A stretch of DNA of 63,892 nt, filler included, from an uncultured bacterium (lineage in GTDB: Bacteria > DAOPZR01), in assembly GCA_964637655.1 (NCBI GenBank). It is 6 parts of 6 records of this genome, joined end to end, with 100 filler letters (N's around TTAATTAATTAA, not from the genome) between each part and the next. Parts side by side here need not be neighbours in the genome. Positions count along the whole stretch, not along the records: positions 10,993 to 21,876 come from CAZWUZ010000119.1; positions 21,977 to 32,612 come from CAZWUZ010000120.1; 4 more parts are not named here. One strand, given 5' to 3'. The notes under the pieces are model-generated. The model did not search any database, was not told the DNA's origin, and was given only the letters and a program-made list of their open reading frames with translations. This document shows, piece by piece, positions 10,993-22,887 of this stretch. Numbering within the stretch: position 1 is the stretch's first letter; each line of letters opens with the position of its first letter. The position numbers and the translations under genes were made by a program.

Positions 10993-13900
10993 TCTACAAC
11001 AACGTGATTGATTCGACCGCGAACGACAACATCGCGCTTGACGGCACTGCCCGGGACAATCGCGTCGATTCGAATACGCTGACCCGCGCCTGCGGCAGCG
11101 GCATCCGCTGCTATGCCGACAGCAATGTGCTGACCGGCAACCGCATTGAGTGGTGCCTGGCACAGGGGATCATGTTGAGTGGCGCCGACACCATGACCGT
11201 CAGCAACAACCGCCTGTTCAGTGTCGGGTCCGCGCCGGCCGCCGGGATCGAGGTCAGCTCCGCGAACGCGGCGGTGGTTTTCAACAACACCGTTGATTCA
11301 TGCGCCGGCCCGGGGGTTGCTGTTTCCGGGACGAGCCGCGGGGTGGTGGTTGACTCGAATACCGTGTGGTACGGCGATTCCTACGGACTGCACGCGTATG
11401 CGGACAGCACTACGTTCAGCCGCAACCTCGTCTGGCACCCGGGCAGCCATGGCGTGCTGCTCGACGGAGCGGACAGCAGCACCATCACCGGCAACCGCAT
11501 CGTCAATGCGCGCAACTTCAGCTACGGCATCTGGCTGAACAACGCCTCGGCCTGCCTTGTGTATGACAACTGGGCTGATTCGAACACCAGCCGCAACCTG
11601 CGCCTCAGCGGCACCGCGACGAACAACGTCATCGATTCGAATCTGGTGACCGGCGGGGCCTCCTACGGCATCGAAGCGGCGGCCCATGCGAACACCTACA
11701 CCGGGAACCGTATCAGCGGCAGCGGGGCACACGGCTTCGTGCTGGCCATTGCGGACAGCAATACCCTGACCGGAAATTTCATCTACAATATCCCTGATGG
11801 CATCGGACTGTACGTTTCGCTGGGGAGCGCCAATTACCTCCACGACAACACCGTCGATTCGTGCAGCAGCGACCTCATCGAGGTCGCGGCAGGGTCGTTC
11901 AACAACCGGGTCGATTCCAACACGCTGACCAACGGCCGGCTGCGCGGTATCTACACGGGTGCGGACAGCAACGCCTACACCAACAACTATCTGGCCAATA
12001 ACCGCTCGCATGGCATCGCGCTGAACGGGGCGGACAGCAACACGGTCACCGGCAACCGCATCTACAACACCTGGAACGATGACTGCGGCATTTATCTGCT
12101 CAATGCCCGTGCCAACTACGTGCATGACAATACGGTCGACTCATGTTCGGAACACGGCATCTTCCTCGAGGCGTCACAGGACAACGTCATCGATTCCAAC
12201 CTTGCTAGCCGCAATTACTGGTGCGGCATCAAGACGATCACCGACTCCAACACCTTCACCAACAACCGCCTTGAAGCAAACTGGTGGATTGGCATGCTGC
12301 TGGGCACGGCGGATTCCACCGTTGTCACCGGCAACACCTTCTTCAACACCCGGGCCGGGCGCGGTCTGGTGCTCGATTCCGCCTGCGCCAACTACGTGTT
12401 CAACAACGTGTTTGACTCGAACATGACCAGCAACCTGGAACTGCTTGCCGCAGCGAACGGCAACACCATTGATTCCAATTTGCTGCAGCGTTGTGGTGGT
12501 GCCGGCATCGTGGTCGACGGTTCCGATACGAACACGTTCACGGCCAATCGTGTCGACAGCAGCGCCACGGCCGGCATCCACCTGAACTCGGCCGCCGCCA
12601 GCACGCTGACCGGCAACAGCGTGCGTGGCACCGTGTCCGGCTGCGGCCTGGTGCTGGAAAACAGCCGCGCCAGTCTGGTGACCGGCAACCTCCTGCAGGC
12701 GAATGCGACGGGCGGCATCCGGGTCGAGAACGACAGTCACAGCAGTTTCTTCAGCAATTCGGTGCGGGAGAACGGCGGCTATGCCATCACCTGCGCGGGG
12801 ACGGCGCAGGCGGACACCTTCCAGAAGAACAACATCCTGACGAGTGCCGGACAGCCCGATTCCGCGGTGCTGAACGCCACCGCCACGGCCTTCGACTTTT
12901 CCCGCAACTGGTGGTGGACTACCGATTCCGCCGTTATCGCGGCACGTATCACCGGACCGGGGAGCGGCTACGTCAACTGGCAGCCGTACCGCCTCGGTGT
13001 GGTGGATACGGCGGTAAACGCGGACACGGTGGCACCGCGGGCACCCGATACGGTGGCGGCCACGGCCTTCGATTCGACCGCCATTACCGTCTCGTGGAGC
13101 AGCACCGGCGTGGACGAGGAGCAGAGTCCGGCCGCGTTCACGCTGAACGGATATGTGCTGTACCGGTCGGCAACCGCCGACACGTCGTACTGGCAGAAAA
13201 TTGTCGAGGTGCCGAACACCACCGGCAGTTTCACCGATTCGCCGCTGACGCCCGGGTACTGGCACTACCGCGTCACTGCCTACGATGCCGCCGCGCCATG
13301 GCGCAACGAGTCGTTCTACAGCGACAGCGTCGCCATGGCGGGCGCGCTTCCCGACACCTCCGGGGCTAATCATTGGTACGTCAATGTCGCCACGGGTGAT
13401 ACCGGGTTTGACGGCCTCACCCCGGCGACGCCGAAGAAGTACCTCAGCCAGATTATGCCCGGCACGTTGCGCCCCGCCGGGTTGTCGCTGCTTACGGCGG
13501 GCGATACCGTGCATGTCGCGTCCGGAACCTACAGCGAGACGGTGGCCATCGACACGGACGGCATCACCCTGAGCGGTGCCGACTCGGTGACCACGGTGAT
13601 CGATCCGCCCGGCGACACAAGCATCACCACGTTGCATGCCATCTTTGCCGATACGCAGAGCGGGCTCAGCATCAGCTCACTACGCGTCACCGGTGCCTAC
13701 TATGGCATTTACTTTGCCAATGTCGATTCGTCGGTTATCAGCGGTGTGCGCGCCCATGAATGCGGCACGGCCGGCGGCGGTGGCGCCATCCTGCTCACCA
13801 CGGGGTGCGACAGCGATGCCGTCACTTCCTGCCACGTGAGCAATTCGTTTACCGGCGTCATGGTGATGAACGGGAGCAGCGGCAACCTGGTGGCCAACGC

Positions 13901-16900
13901 TTACGCGGAGCGGTGTGTCTATGCCGCGTATGGCTTGCAATATGCCCACGGCAACGTGCTGCAGGCGAACCGGGCAGCGAACATGAACAGCAGCGGGCTG
14001 TTCCTGACCGGTGCGGACAGCAACGTGTTGCGCGGGAATATCCTGACCGGCGGCGGGAGAATCACCATCACCAATGGCTCCGACAGCAATCTGGTGGAGG
14101 AGAACACGGTAACCGCTTCGGGCGCGAATGCGTTGTCAGTTGACGCCAGCTACGGTGGAACCTATCGCTACAACGTGCTGCGCAGCAACAACGGTGATGC
14201 CGTTCGTCTTTCCGGGGTCTCCCGCAGTCGCCTCTATCAGAACACCATCGATTCCCATGCCGGCTACGGTCTCTACCTGACCGGAACCTGCAGCGGCAAC
14301 AGCATCAGCGCCAACAACTGGATGCCGTCGTCGTACTGGCAGGACTCGGGTGTCTGGAACGGCACCGGGACGGTGCAGGATCTGACGTACAACTGGTGGG
14401 GGACGACCAACACCGATTCGCTCGCTGGCCGCCTGCATGATTCCGGCGCCAGTGTGACGGTGTACGCCCCCTTCCGCCTGGGACCGGTCGACACCGCGGC
14501 AGACGCTGACAGCGTGCCGCCGGCCTCCCCGGCAGGGCTGGCTGCCGACACCGGCACCTATGGCAGCATCCGGCTCGCCTGGACACCGGTGACCCTGAAC
14601 GCGGATGGCACAGCGGTGGACGGGTTCGCCGGCTACCGGGTCTATCGCACGACGCTGGCGGGAGAGACGGACTGGAAGCAGCACGCGTTCCTGCAGGCAA
14701 CCGGCGCGGTGCCCGCTGACACGCAGTACAGCGACACGGCCATCACGCCCGGACAACAGTACTACTACCGGATTACCGCCCGCGACAGCCATGCCCCCTG
14801 GGAGAACGAGTCGTATTTCAGCGCTGCCGTGGTGGCCGCGGCGCTGTATGTCGATACCTCAGGTCCGAATGCCTGGTACCTCAACGATGTTGATACGACC
14901 GGCGACATCTACAGCGGCGTACAGGGCGATACCGCCAGCAGCGGGTTGACCCCGTCTGCGCCAAAACGTTATCTCAACAACCTGCTGCACCTGCTGACTG
15001 ATGGCGACACGGTCTATCTTGATGCCGGTCTCTATGATGAACTCGACTCGGTAGTTGTCAGCGACAGTCATATCTGGCTTATCGGCGCCGATTCGGCCGC
15101 CACGGTCATCGATTTCAACAATACGACCGTGGGCGGGGCGCGCGGCATCTACGGCAGCGGTATCATCGGCCTGACGGTGCGCGACCTGCAGGTCAAGCGC
15201 GGCTACCGCAACGTGCGCCTCGACAACAGCGACAGTTGCACCTTCCTGCGGGTCAACAGCAACGGCAGCGGCCAGTACAGTTTCCTGCTCAACAGCGGCT
15301 GCGACAACACCGTCATCGATGCCTGCCAGTCGACGGGCGGGGTGAGCGGTGTCTACAGCAATACCGCCTACACGACGCGCGTCAGCAACAGCAGTATCAC
15401 CCAGGCATCGTCGTACGGGGTCATGGCACTGACCGGCTACGGACTGGTGCTCGATAACAACCGCATCAGCACCTGCGCGCTCAGCGGCATCAATGTGCAG
15501 GGGGGCAACCCGGTCACCATCCGCAACAACCAGGTCAGCAACTGCGGGGCGGGGATGAGCGTTGATGCGGTCTCCGCGCTCATCGCAGTGCACAACACCT
15601 TTGATTCGAACAGCGGCTGGTGTATCAGCGTCACGGGGACGGGCAGCGGCAACGTGTTCGACCGCAACAACCTGCTGGGCGCTCCGCTCTTCACTGATTC
15701 CGCCTTCTTCAGCAGTTCGCCGTCGGCCATCGACGCGGCAAACAACTGGTGGGATACGACCGACACGCTGGTCATCCGCCAGCGTCTTGGCGGCAGCGGG
15801 GCCGACTCAGTCGCCTGGCAGCCGTTCCGCCTCGGGGTGATCGATACGGCCGCTGCTGCTGACACGGTTGCGCCATCACGCCCGGATACCGTTGCCGCGA
15901 CCGCGCTCGACAGCGGCAGCATCCTCGTCACCTGGGGAGCAGTCACCACCAACGCCGAACCGGCGATGTACCCGATCGGGCTGACCGGCTACCGCATCTG
16001 GCGTGCGCAGCAGCCGGATACGCACTGGTGGTACCCGCGGGCCGACCTGCCGTCCTCCCTCAATTCTTTCACGGACAGCGGGCTGTCTGCCGATACGCTC
16101 TACTGCTACCGGGTCAGCGCGTATGACGACTGGACACCCTGGCGCAATGAGTCATACTACAGCGACAGCATTGCCCTGACGTATACGCAGCCGGCTATCG
16201 ACACTTCCGGGCCGAACGTCTGGTATGTCAACGACGCGGATACCACGGGCGATACATACACGACTGCCGTGGGCAGCAGCGCCCACCACGGGCTGACTCC
16301 CGCCTCGCCGAAACGCTATCTCAACGATATCGAAACGCTGCTGACCCCCGGCGACACCGTGTACATCGATGCCGGCACGTATCTCGAGCCCGACACGGTC
16401 ACTATCAGCTGCAGTTATGTCTGGATCATCGGTGTCGATTCGGCGATGACGGTCATCGATTTCAACAACCTGACGGCTGCCGGCGACCGGTCGCTCACGG
16501 TGCGCGATGCCGCCGGGGTGGTCATCCGCAACCTGCGCGTGACGCGCGCCCGCTACGGCATCAGGTGGAGCAATGTCGACAACAGCGTGCTGCAGGAGGT
16601 GCGTACCGACAGCGCCGGACTCTACGGTGTCATGCTCGAAAACAGTTCGACCGGCAATGTTCTGCGCGGGGTCTGGTCCTGCAGCAACAGTACCGCCGGG
16701 TTCAACCTGCAGCTCAGCGGGAACAACCTGCTCGACCGGGTGACCGCGGAGCGCAACCTCAACATCGGTATCTACCTGAGCAGTGCGCACGGCTGCACCA
16801 TCACCGGCAGTGTGAGCTGCAGCAACACCGCACAGGGACTCTATCTCAATACGACAGGATCATGCCGCATCGATACGACACTTGCCTATGGCAATGCCAC

Positions 16901-19900
16901 CGGGTTCATGCTCGATGGCAGTTCCACCGGCAACCGCTTTGTCAGCGACACCGCGTACCGCAATACCAGCCAGGGGGCGATGGTCAACGGCGCGGCCGCA
17001 GCCGGCAACGCGTTCAGTGCCTGCCATTTCGAACGCAACGGGCAGGGACTGTACGGTATTGGTGCCAGCAGCATACGCCTGCTGAACTCGGTGTTCTACG
17101 ATCATGCCGGCCCGGGTATCTATCTTGTCGGTGATTCCGGCGGCTATTATGCCGGAAACCGCTTTGATTCGAACGCGCTCGCGGTACGACTTTTCGGTAC
17201 GCTGACCGCCTGCACCATTACCAAGAACATCTTCCTGGCCGGGCAGGTTGCCCCGGATTCGTACGTGTACGACTCGTCGGCAAGCAGCGTCGACCTGACC
17301 CGCAACTGGTGGGGGACCACCGATTCCGCCGTTATCGCGGCACGGATCACCGGACCGGGGAGCGGCTACGTCAACCGGCAGCCGTACCGCCTCGGCGTGG
17401 TTGATACCGCCGTGAATGCGGACACGGTGGCGCCCCGGGCACCTGACACGGTGGCGGCCACGACCTTCGATTCGACCGCCATTACCGTCTCGTGGAGCAG
17501 TAGCGGCGTGGATGAGGAGCAGAGTCCGGCCGCGTTCACGCTGAACGGATATGCATTGTACCGCTCGGCGACCTCCGATACATCGTACTGGCAGAAGGTT
17601 GCCGAAGTGCCGAGTGGAACCAATACCTTTACCGACTCGCCGCTGACCGCCGGCTACTGGCACTATCGTGTCACCGCCTACGATGCCGCTGCGCCATGGC
17701 GCAACGAGTCGTTCTACAGCGACAGCATCGCCATGGCGGGCGCGTTTCCTGACACGTCGGGGCCCAACGCCTGGTATGTCAACGATGCGGACACGGCCGG
17801 TGACACCTATACCACTGTGACTGGCAGCAGCGCGAACAGCGGGCTGTCGCCTGCCTCGCCCAAACGCTACCTGAACGATATCGAGGGTCTGCTGACGCCC
17901 GGCGACACCGTGTATATCGATGCCGGCACGTATCTCGAACCCGACACGGTCACTATCAGCTGCAGTTATGTCTGGCTCATCGGTGTCGATTCGGCGACGA
18001 CGGTCATCAACTTCAACGATAGCTCGGCCGGTGGCGCCCGGGCTCTCTACGCACAGAATCTGGACGGGTTGACGATGCGCGACCTGGCCATCAGCAACGC
18101 CCGCATCGGCCTGTGGCTGGTCGGGGTTGACAGTGCGATGGTCGCAGATGTGCGCATTACCGCCTGCAGCCAGTATGGACTCGGACTGCTGACGGGGAGC
18201 GATAACAACACCTTCACGCGCGTGCATGCCTCCGGCAACCTCAATTCCGGCGCCTATCTCAATCTGTCGACCGGCAACAGTTTCAACGGCTGCCGTTTCG
18301 ACAACAGCAGCAACGGGATGGCCCTCGCCTCCGCCAACCAGAACCGCGTCACCGGCTGCGTGGTGCGCGACTGCGCCACCGGTATAGCGGTCAGCGGCGC
18401 CACCTCCGGACTGGTGATTCGCCATTCGCTGCTGACCGCCAACAGTATCGGGCTGTCTGATGGCGGCAACGGCAACAGCAACACGTTCACCCAGAATCAG
18501 TTCACCGGCAATACCGGGTACCAGGTCGATCTCGGGTCCGCGTCACTCGGCACCGATACACTCGACAAGAATGTAATTATCCCGTCGGGCAGCAACCCGG
18601 ATTCCGCCGTGTACAGCGGCACGGCGCAGCCGCATCTGCTGCTGCGCAACTGGTGGGGAACGACCGATTCGCAGATCGTCGCGGCCCGCCTGCACGGCTC
18701 GGGCGCTGCGGTGGTGCGCTGGCAGCCCTACCGGCTCGATGTTGTCGATACCGCCGCCGGGGCCGACACGGTGGCGCCGCGCGCGCCTGATACGGTGACG
18801 GCGACAGTGCTGAGCGACACGATTGTGCGGCTGACCTGGCCGGTGAGCAGCACCAACGAAGAGGCCAGTCCGGTGGCGGTCAATCTTGCCGGCTACGGGG
18901 TATATCGCGCGAGCACTGCCGATTCGCACTACTGGCATTTGCTGGCTGACGTATCGTCAGGCACAACGGCGTACACCGACAGCATGGTCCCGCAGGGGTA
19001 TTGGTACTACCGCGTAACCGCATTCGACAATGCCGCGCCCTATCCCAACGAGTCGTGGTACAGCGACAGCGTGGCCATGGCGGTGGTGATCCCCGACACG
19101 TCGGGGCCGAACCAGTGGTATGTCAATGTCGTCACGGGCGATACCGCCAGCAACGGCCTGACTGCGGGCACGGCGAAGAAGTACATCAGCAATGTCGCAC
19201 TGGGGTCGCGCAACCCGTACGGCTACTCACTGCTGACGGCGGGTGACACCATCAACGTTGCCGCCGGTGTGTACGGTGAAACCATCACCATAGACACCGA
19301 TTATGTTGCCCTGACCGGCGCGGGACGTTCACTGACCACCATCGCGGTACCGGCAGACAGCAGCCCTAACGGGGTGCACGGCATCGACGTGCCGGTGCGC
19401 GGGGTGCTGCTGCGCGATTTCGGGCTGAGCGGCGGGGAGGCGGGTATCGTCATCGACAGCGCGGCGGGACGCGTGCAGGGCTGCAGCATATCCGCCTGCG
19501 GCTACGGTCTCGCTGTCGCCAACGATACGTCGACGCTGTACGATGTGAACATCACCGCCTGCGATACGGCAGTGATGGTGTTCGATGCCAGCGCGACCAT
19601 CGACAGTGTCATCGTCGCGTACGCCACCCGGCTCGGGGTGTTCGTGCGGGGGGACAGCGTGCTGGTGACCAACAGCCGCATCACGGGCGGCGCGCTCGGT
19701 CTCGTAGTCGACAGCGGGGTGCTGCGGGTGACGACGACCACCGTCGATGACAACGATACCGGACTGGCCGTGCGCGCCGGCGCCCTGGTGGCCACTGCGT
19801 CGCTGCTGACCGGCAACCGCGTGGGGGCGCTGGCTATTGGGGGGACGCTCAACCTCGGCGACAGTTATAACGCCGCGCATGATGACGACGGCGGCAACAC

Positions 19901-21876
19901 CTTTGCCGCCAATACCTTCCGGGACATCGTCAACCTGACCGGGAACATGATCAAAGCAGAGAATAACGTCTTTGACTCGGCTACGACTGCAGCCATCGAT
20001 GCGCATATCTACGACGATGAGGAAAGCCCGACCTGCGGTATTGTCGATTTTCTCACCCGGCCGCAGGTGCTCCCTTACGGCAATCTCAGCGCACCGCTTA
20101 TCCCGGGTGAAACGGCGCCGGTACTGCATGTACTCGTGTACGGAGAAGACCAGGGCGACACCCTGCTGCACTTTGGCGTGGTGCTCGATGGTACAGTGTC
20201 CGACACGCAGGTCTATGCGGTCAGGGCGTGGCAGGATGCGGGGAATGACAGCGCCTGGCTGGCTGGCAGCGACACGCCGCTCTTTGCCTTTGTTCGCGCC
20301 GGGGGCGGGCGCTGGGAGTATACCGGCCCGTCATGGCAGGCGTTGACCGGCAACCTGCTCATCACGGTGACACTGTTCGACACCGCCACCGGCTATGGCG
20401 ACACGCTGCAATGTCGTATTCCCGCCGATTCGGTGGTGCTGACCGTAGCCGATACCGGCCCGGCTGTCGCCGTGGTCAACGCGTCAATCCAGACGGTGTT
20501 GTCAGGTGACACGGTACCGCCGGTGGTGTCGGCGCACATCCCCGCAGCCGGATATCTTACGCGCGACAGCCACGTCACGCTGAGCATCGGCTACACCGAT
20601 TCGGGGACGGGCATCGATACGACGCTGGTGACCCTCACCGTCGATACCGGCAGCGGCATGCGCAGTGTGGCGCTGACCACGGTTGACACGGCTGCCGCCA
20701 CCTATATGCCGCCGATCGGGCATACCCCGGTGGCAGACGCCACCTGCACCTACACGTGGGTGGTGACCGACAATAGCGGCAACACGGTTGCAGTGACTGA
20801 CAGTTTCATCATTGACCGCACCCCGCCACTGTGGCTGTCGGTTACGTTCACCAGCGATACGCTGCTGACCACGTACCCCGCAGGTGGCGGCTTCGACACC
20901 GGTCCGGGCGGCGACACGTTCTGGTTCAACGGCCTGCTCGTGCAGACCTGTACCGCCACCATTGCCTGGTACGACCTGCATATGGAAACCGGAGCGAAGG
21001 CAGGTGGCGGCTATGCGTTCGGCTCGCTGCCCGAAGATACGCAGCCGGGTGACGGCTGGCGGCTCGTTTTTGCCGGGGTGACGGGTGTCGACACGACGTG
21101 CAACATCATCCTGACCGACGCGGCGGGGAATACAACTCCGCTGCCGCTGTTCTGGCGCAGCGATACCACGCCGCCGGACCAGCCGGTTCTGCTGACCCCC
21201 GCGGACGGATACGACACGGCGGCGACAGCACTGACTCTCGTCTGGGCGCCGGTAGCCGACACGGGGGCCGGCTTCAGCACGTACCGTGTGCATCTTGACA
21301 CCTCGGCAGCGACAGCCGGATACGAATATGTCAACTGGTGCGCCGATACGTCCATCACGTTTGCCGGGTTGCCGGAAACACATTGCACCTGGCTGCTCGT
21401 CGCCTATGACAGCGTATCACTGATGACCTCTTCGGGCACGCGTTCGTTCACCGTCGACCGCACGCCGCCGCTGCTGACAGCGAAACTGCCGGCAGACAGC
21501 AGCGTGACCTCCGACAGCGGCACGCCGGTGAGCGTCACTTACACCGATACGCTGGCCGGCATCGATACGGCACAGGTGACACTGCGCGCGGACACCGGGA
21601 GCGGCCTGACCGACATCACTGCCCAGAGCAGCATCACCGATACCGGCATCGTCTTCGACCCGCCGGCGGGACTGGGAAGCGCGGCGGTATTCACCTGCAC
21701 CTTCAGCGTGACAGCAGCAGACGGTGCAGGAAACGTGGTGACGGAGACCTGGACCTTCACGGTAGACCAGTCGGCGCCCGACACCCCGGCCATCACCTTC
21801 CCGCTCAGCGGGCATGACACCAGTGCGGCGAGCATTACGGTGAGCGGTACCGCGGCAGCTTCCGGTGACACCGTCT
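10993..21876 (+). CDS. Giant (>3600 aa, partial at both ends) surface/secreted protein: right-handed parallel beta-helix (PbH1/NosD-like) blocks alternating with five FN3-like domains, then Ig-like domains
   Basis: Uninterrupted frame over the whole contig. Beta-helix pattern (GIxL..xDSNTxTGN). Recurrent module NWWxTT(D/N)...P(Y/F)RL..VDTA..AD(T/S)V.P..P-[FN3: W...GY..YR...Y.YRVTA.D]-NES.YS..DTSG.N.WY(V/L)N. C-terminal DTxPP/DRTPP Ig-like repeats. Confidence 0.88.
12921..13363 (+). repeat. Intragenic near-identical DNA repeat, copy A1 (linker + FN3 module); copy A2 at 17319-17761
   Basis: ACCGATTCCGCCGTTATCGCGGCACG...TCACCGGACCGGGGAGCGGCTACGTCAAC... recurs at an offset of 4398 nt; the protein copies are nearly identical. 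Confidence 0.9.
16338..16457 (+). repeat. Intragenic near-identical DNA repeat, copy B1 (module head LLTPGDTVYIDAGTYLEPDTVTISCSYVW); copy B2 at 17889-18008
   Basis: CTGCTGACxCCCGGCGACACCGTGTAxATCGATGCCGGCACGTATCTCGAxCCCGACACGGTCACTATCAGCTGCAGTTATGTCTGG recurs at an offset of 1551 nt. Confidence 0.9.
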
Positions 21877-21976
21877 NNNNNNNNNNNNNNNNNNNNNNNN
21901 NNNNNNNNNNNNNNNNNNNNTTAATTAATTAANNNNNNNNNNNNNNNNNNNNNNNNNNNNNNNNNNNNNNNNNNNN
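21877..21976. other. Artificial contig linker
   Basis: N44-TTAATTAATTAA-N44. Confidence 0.99.
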
Positions 21977-22885
21977 GTGCGCCGCGCCGATGGCCTCGCT
22001 GCCGGTGAGCGCGCACGCCTCCCGCAGAAAGTCGCGATACAGGTTGCGGAAAAGCGCGCCGCCCGTCCCTGCCCGCTCCATCAGCGCCGCCTGCAGCGCC
22101 AGGTCGGCAGCCGGCCGGCGGCAGAACTGCCGCCACCGCGCAATCTGCCCGCCGGTATGGGCGATCCCGCGCCAGCCGAAATTGCGGATGGGCGGGTTGA
22201 GAAAATCCTGCGCGTTGCGGCGAATGGCGCGACGCACCGCGCGGCGCAGGTCGACACCGGCCGGGGAGCCGGCGATGGTGTACGACAAATGACGTGAGGA
22301 CATGGGGCCGCGCGCCGCGCGCGCCTGCGCCAGCGAGTCGAGCGAAGTTTGCACCGCTCCGCCCTGGCGGGCGGTATCGATCAGGAACGCGGTCGCGGCG
22401 TCATACCCGTACAGCGCGACATAATGCGCGGCAAAGTGGATTCTGCGGGTGAAGTAATCGAGGTAATAGCAGTCGAGTTTCAGCCCGACCGGTTGTCCCG
22501 CCGCCAGCGCCTGCTCCGCGTGGCGCCATGCCTGCCGCGGCGACGACGTTTCGCGCACGGTCAGTGTCAGTCCGAGGTTGCGGCAGAGGTTGCGCGTCAG
22601 GTGGTCGGGGCGGATGCGGCCGCCGAGGAAGGGCAGCGCCATGCCGCGCTGCCGCCAGCAGATGAACCCGAGCCCCTCACCCAGCCCGAAGAGCAGCGGC
22701 TCGCTCAGGCGGAACCCCAGCGGCTTGAGCAGCGCACCGGCGGCAGTCGTCTCGCAGTGTTCGCCGCGGAAACTGACCGCCCGCAGGGACAGGCCGTGGC
22801 GGCGCGCAGCGCCGCCGCGGGACTGCCTTGCCCCCGGCGACACGCACGCGGCAGGATTCAGGGACAGGCCGTGGCGGCGCGGCAC
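21977..22885 (-). CDS. BtrH N-terminal / DUF4872-type protein (papain/C39-like fold), 3' end truncated
   Basis: HCETTA, SEPLLFGLGEGLGF, GLKLDCYYLDYF..HFAAHYVALYGYD, MERAGTGGALFRNLYRDFL; GTG at 22885 lies 2 nt after the glgX stop. Confidence 0.75.
22784..22881. repeat. Perfect 23-bp direct repeat CAGGGACAGGCCGTGGCGGCGCG (22784-22806 and 22859-22881), 75-nt period, in frame within the BtrH-like N-terminus
   Basis: Read directly from the sequence; encodes RRHGLSL twice. Confidence 0.85.
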
Positions 22886-22887
22886 GG

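Noticed and set aside
12921-18008. Intragenic repeats as a diversity-generating retroelement TR/VR pair
   Set aside because: No reverse transcriptase in the window; both copies are coding and the differences look mostly synonymous rather than adenine-specific
22784-22881. 23-bp repeat with 52-nt spacer as CRISPR
   Set aside because: Two units only, inside a coding frame, no leader or cas genes
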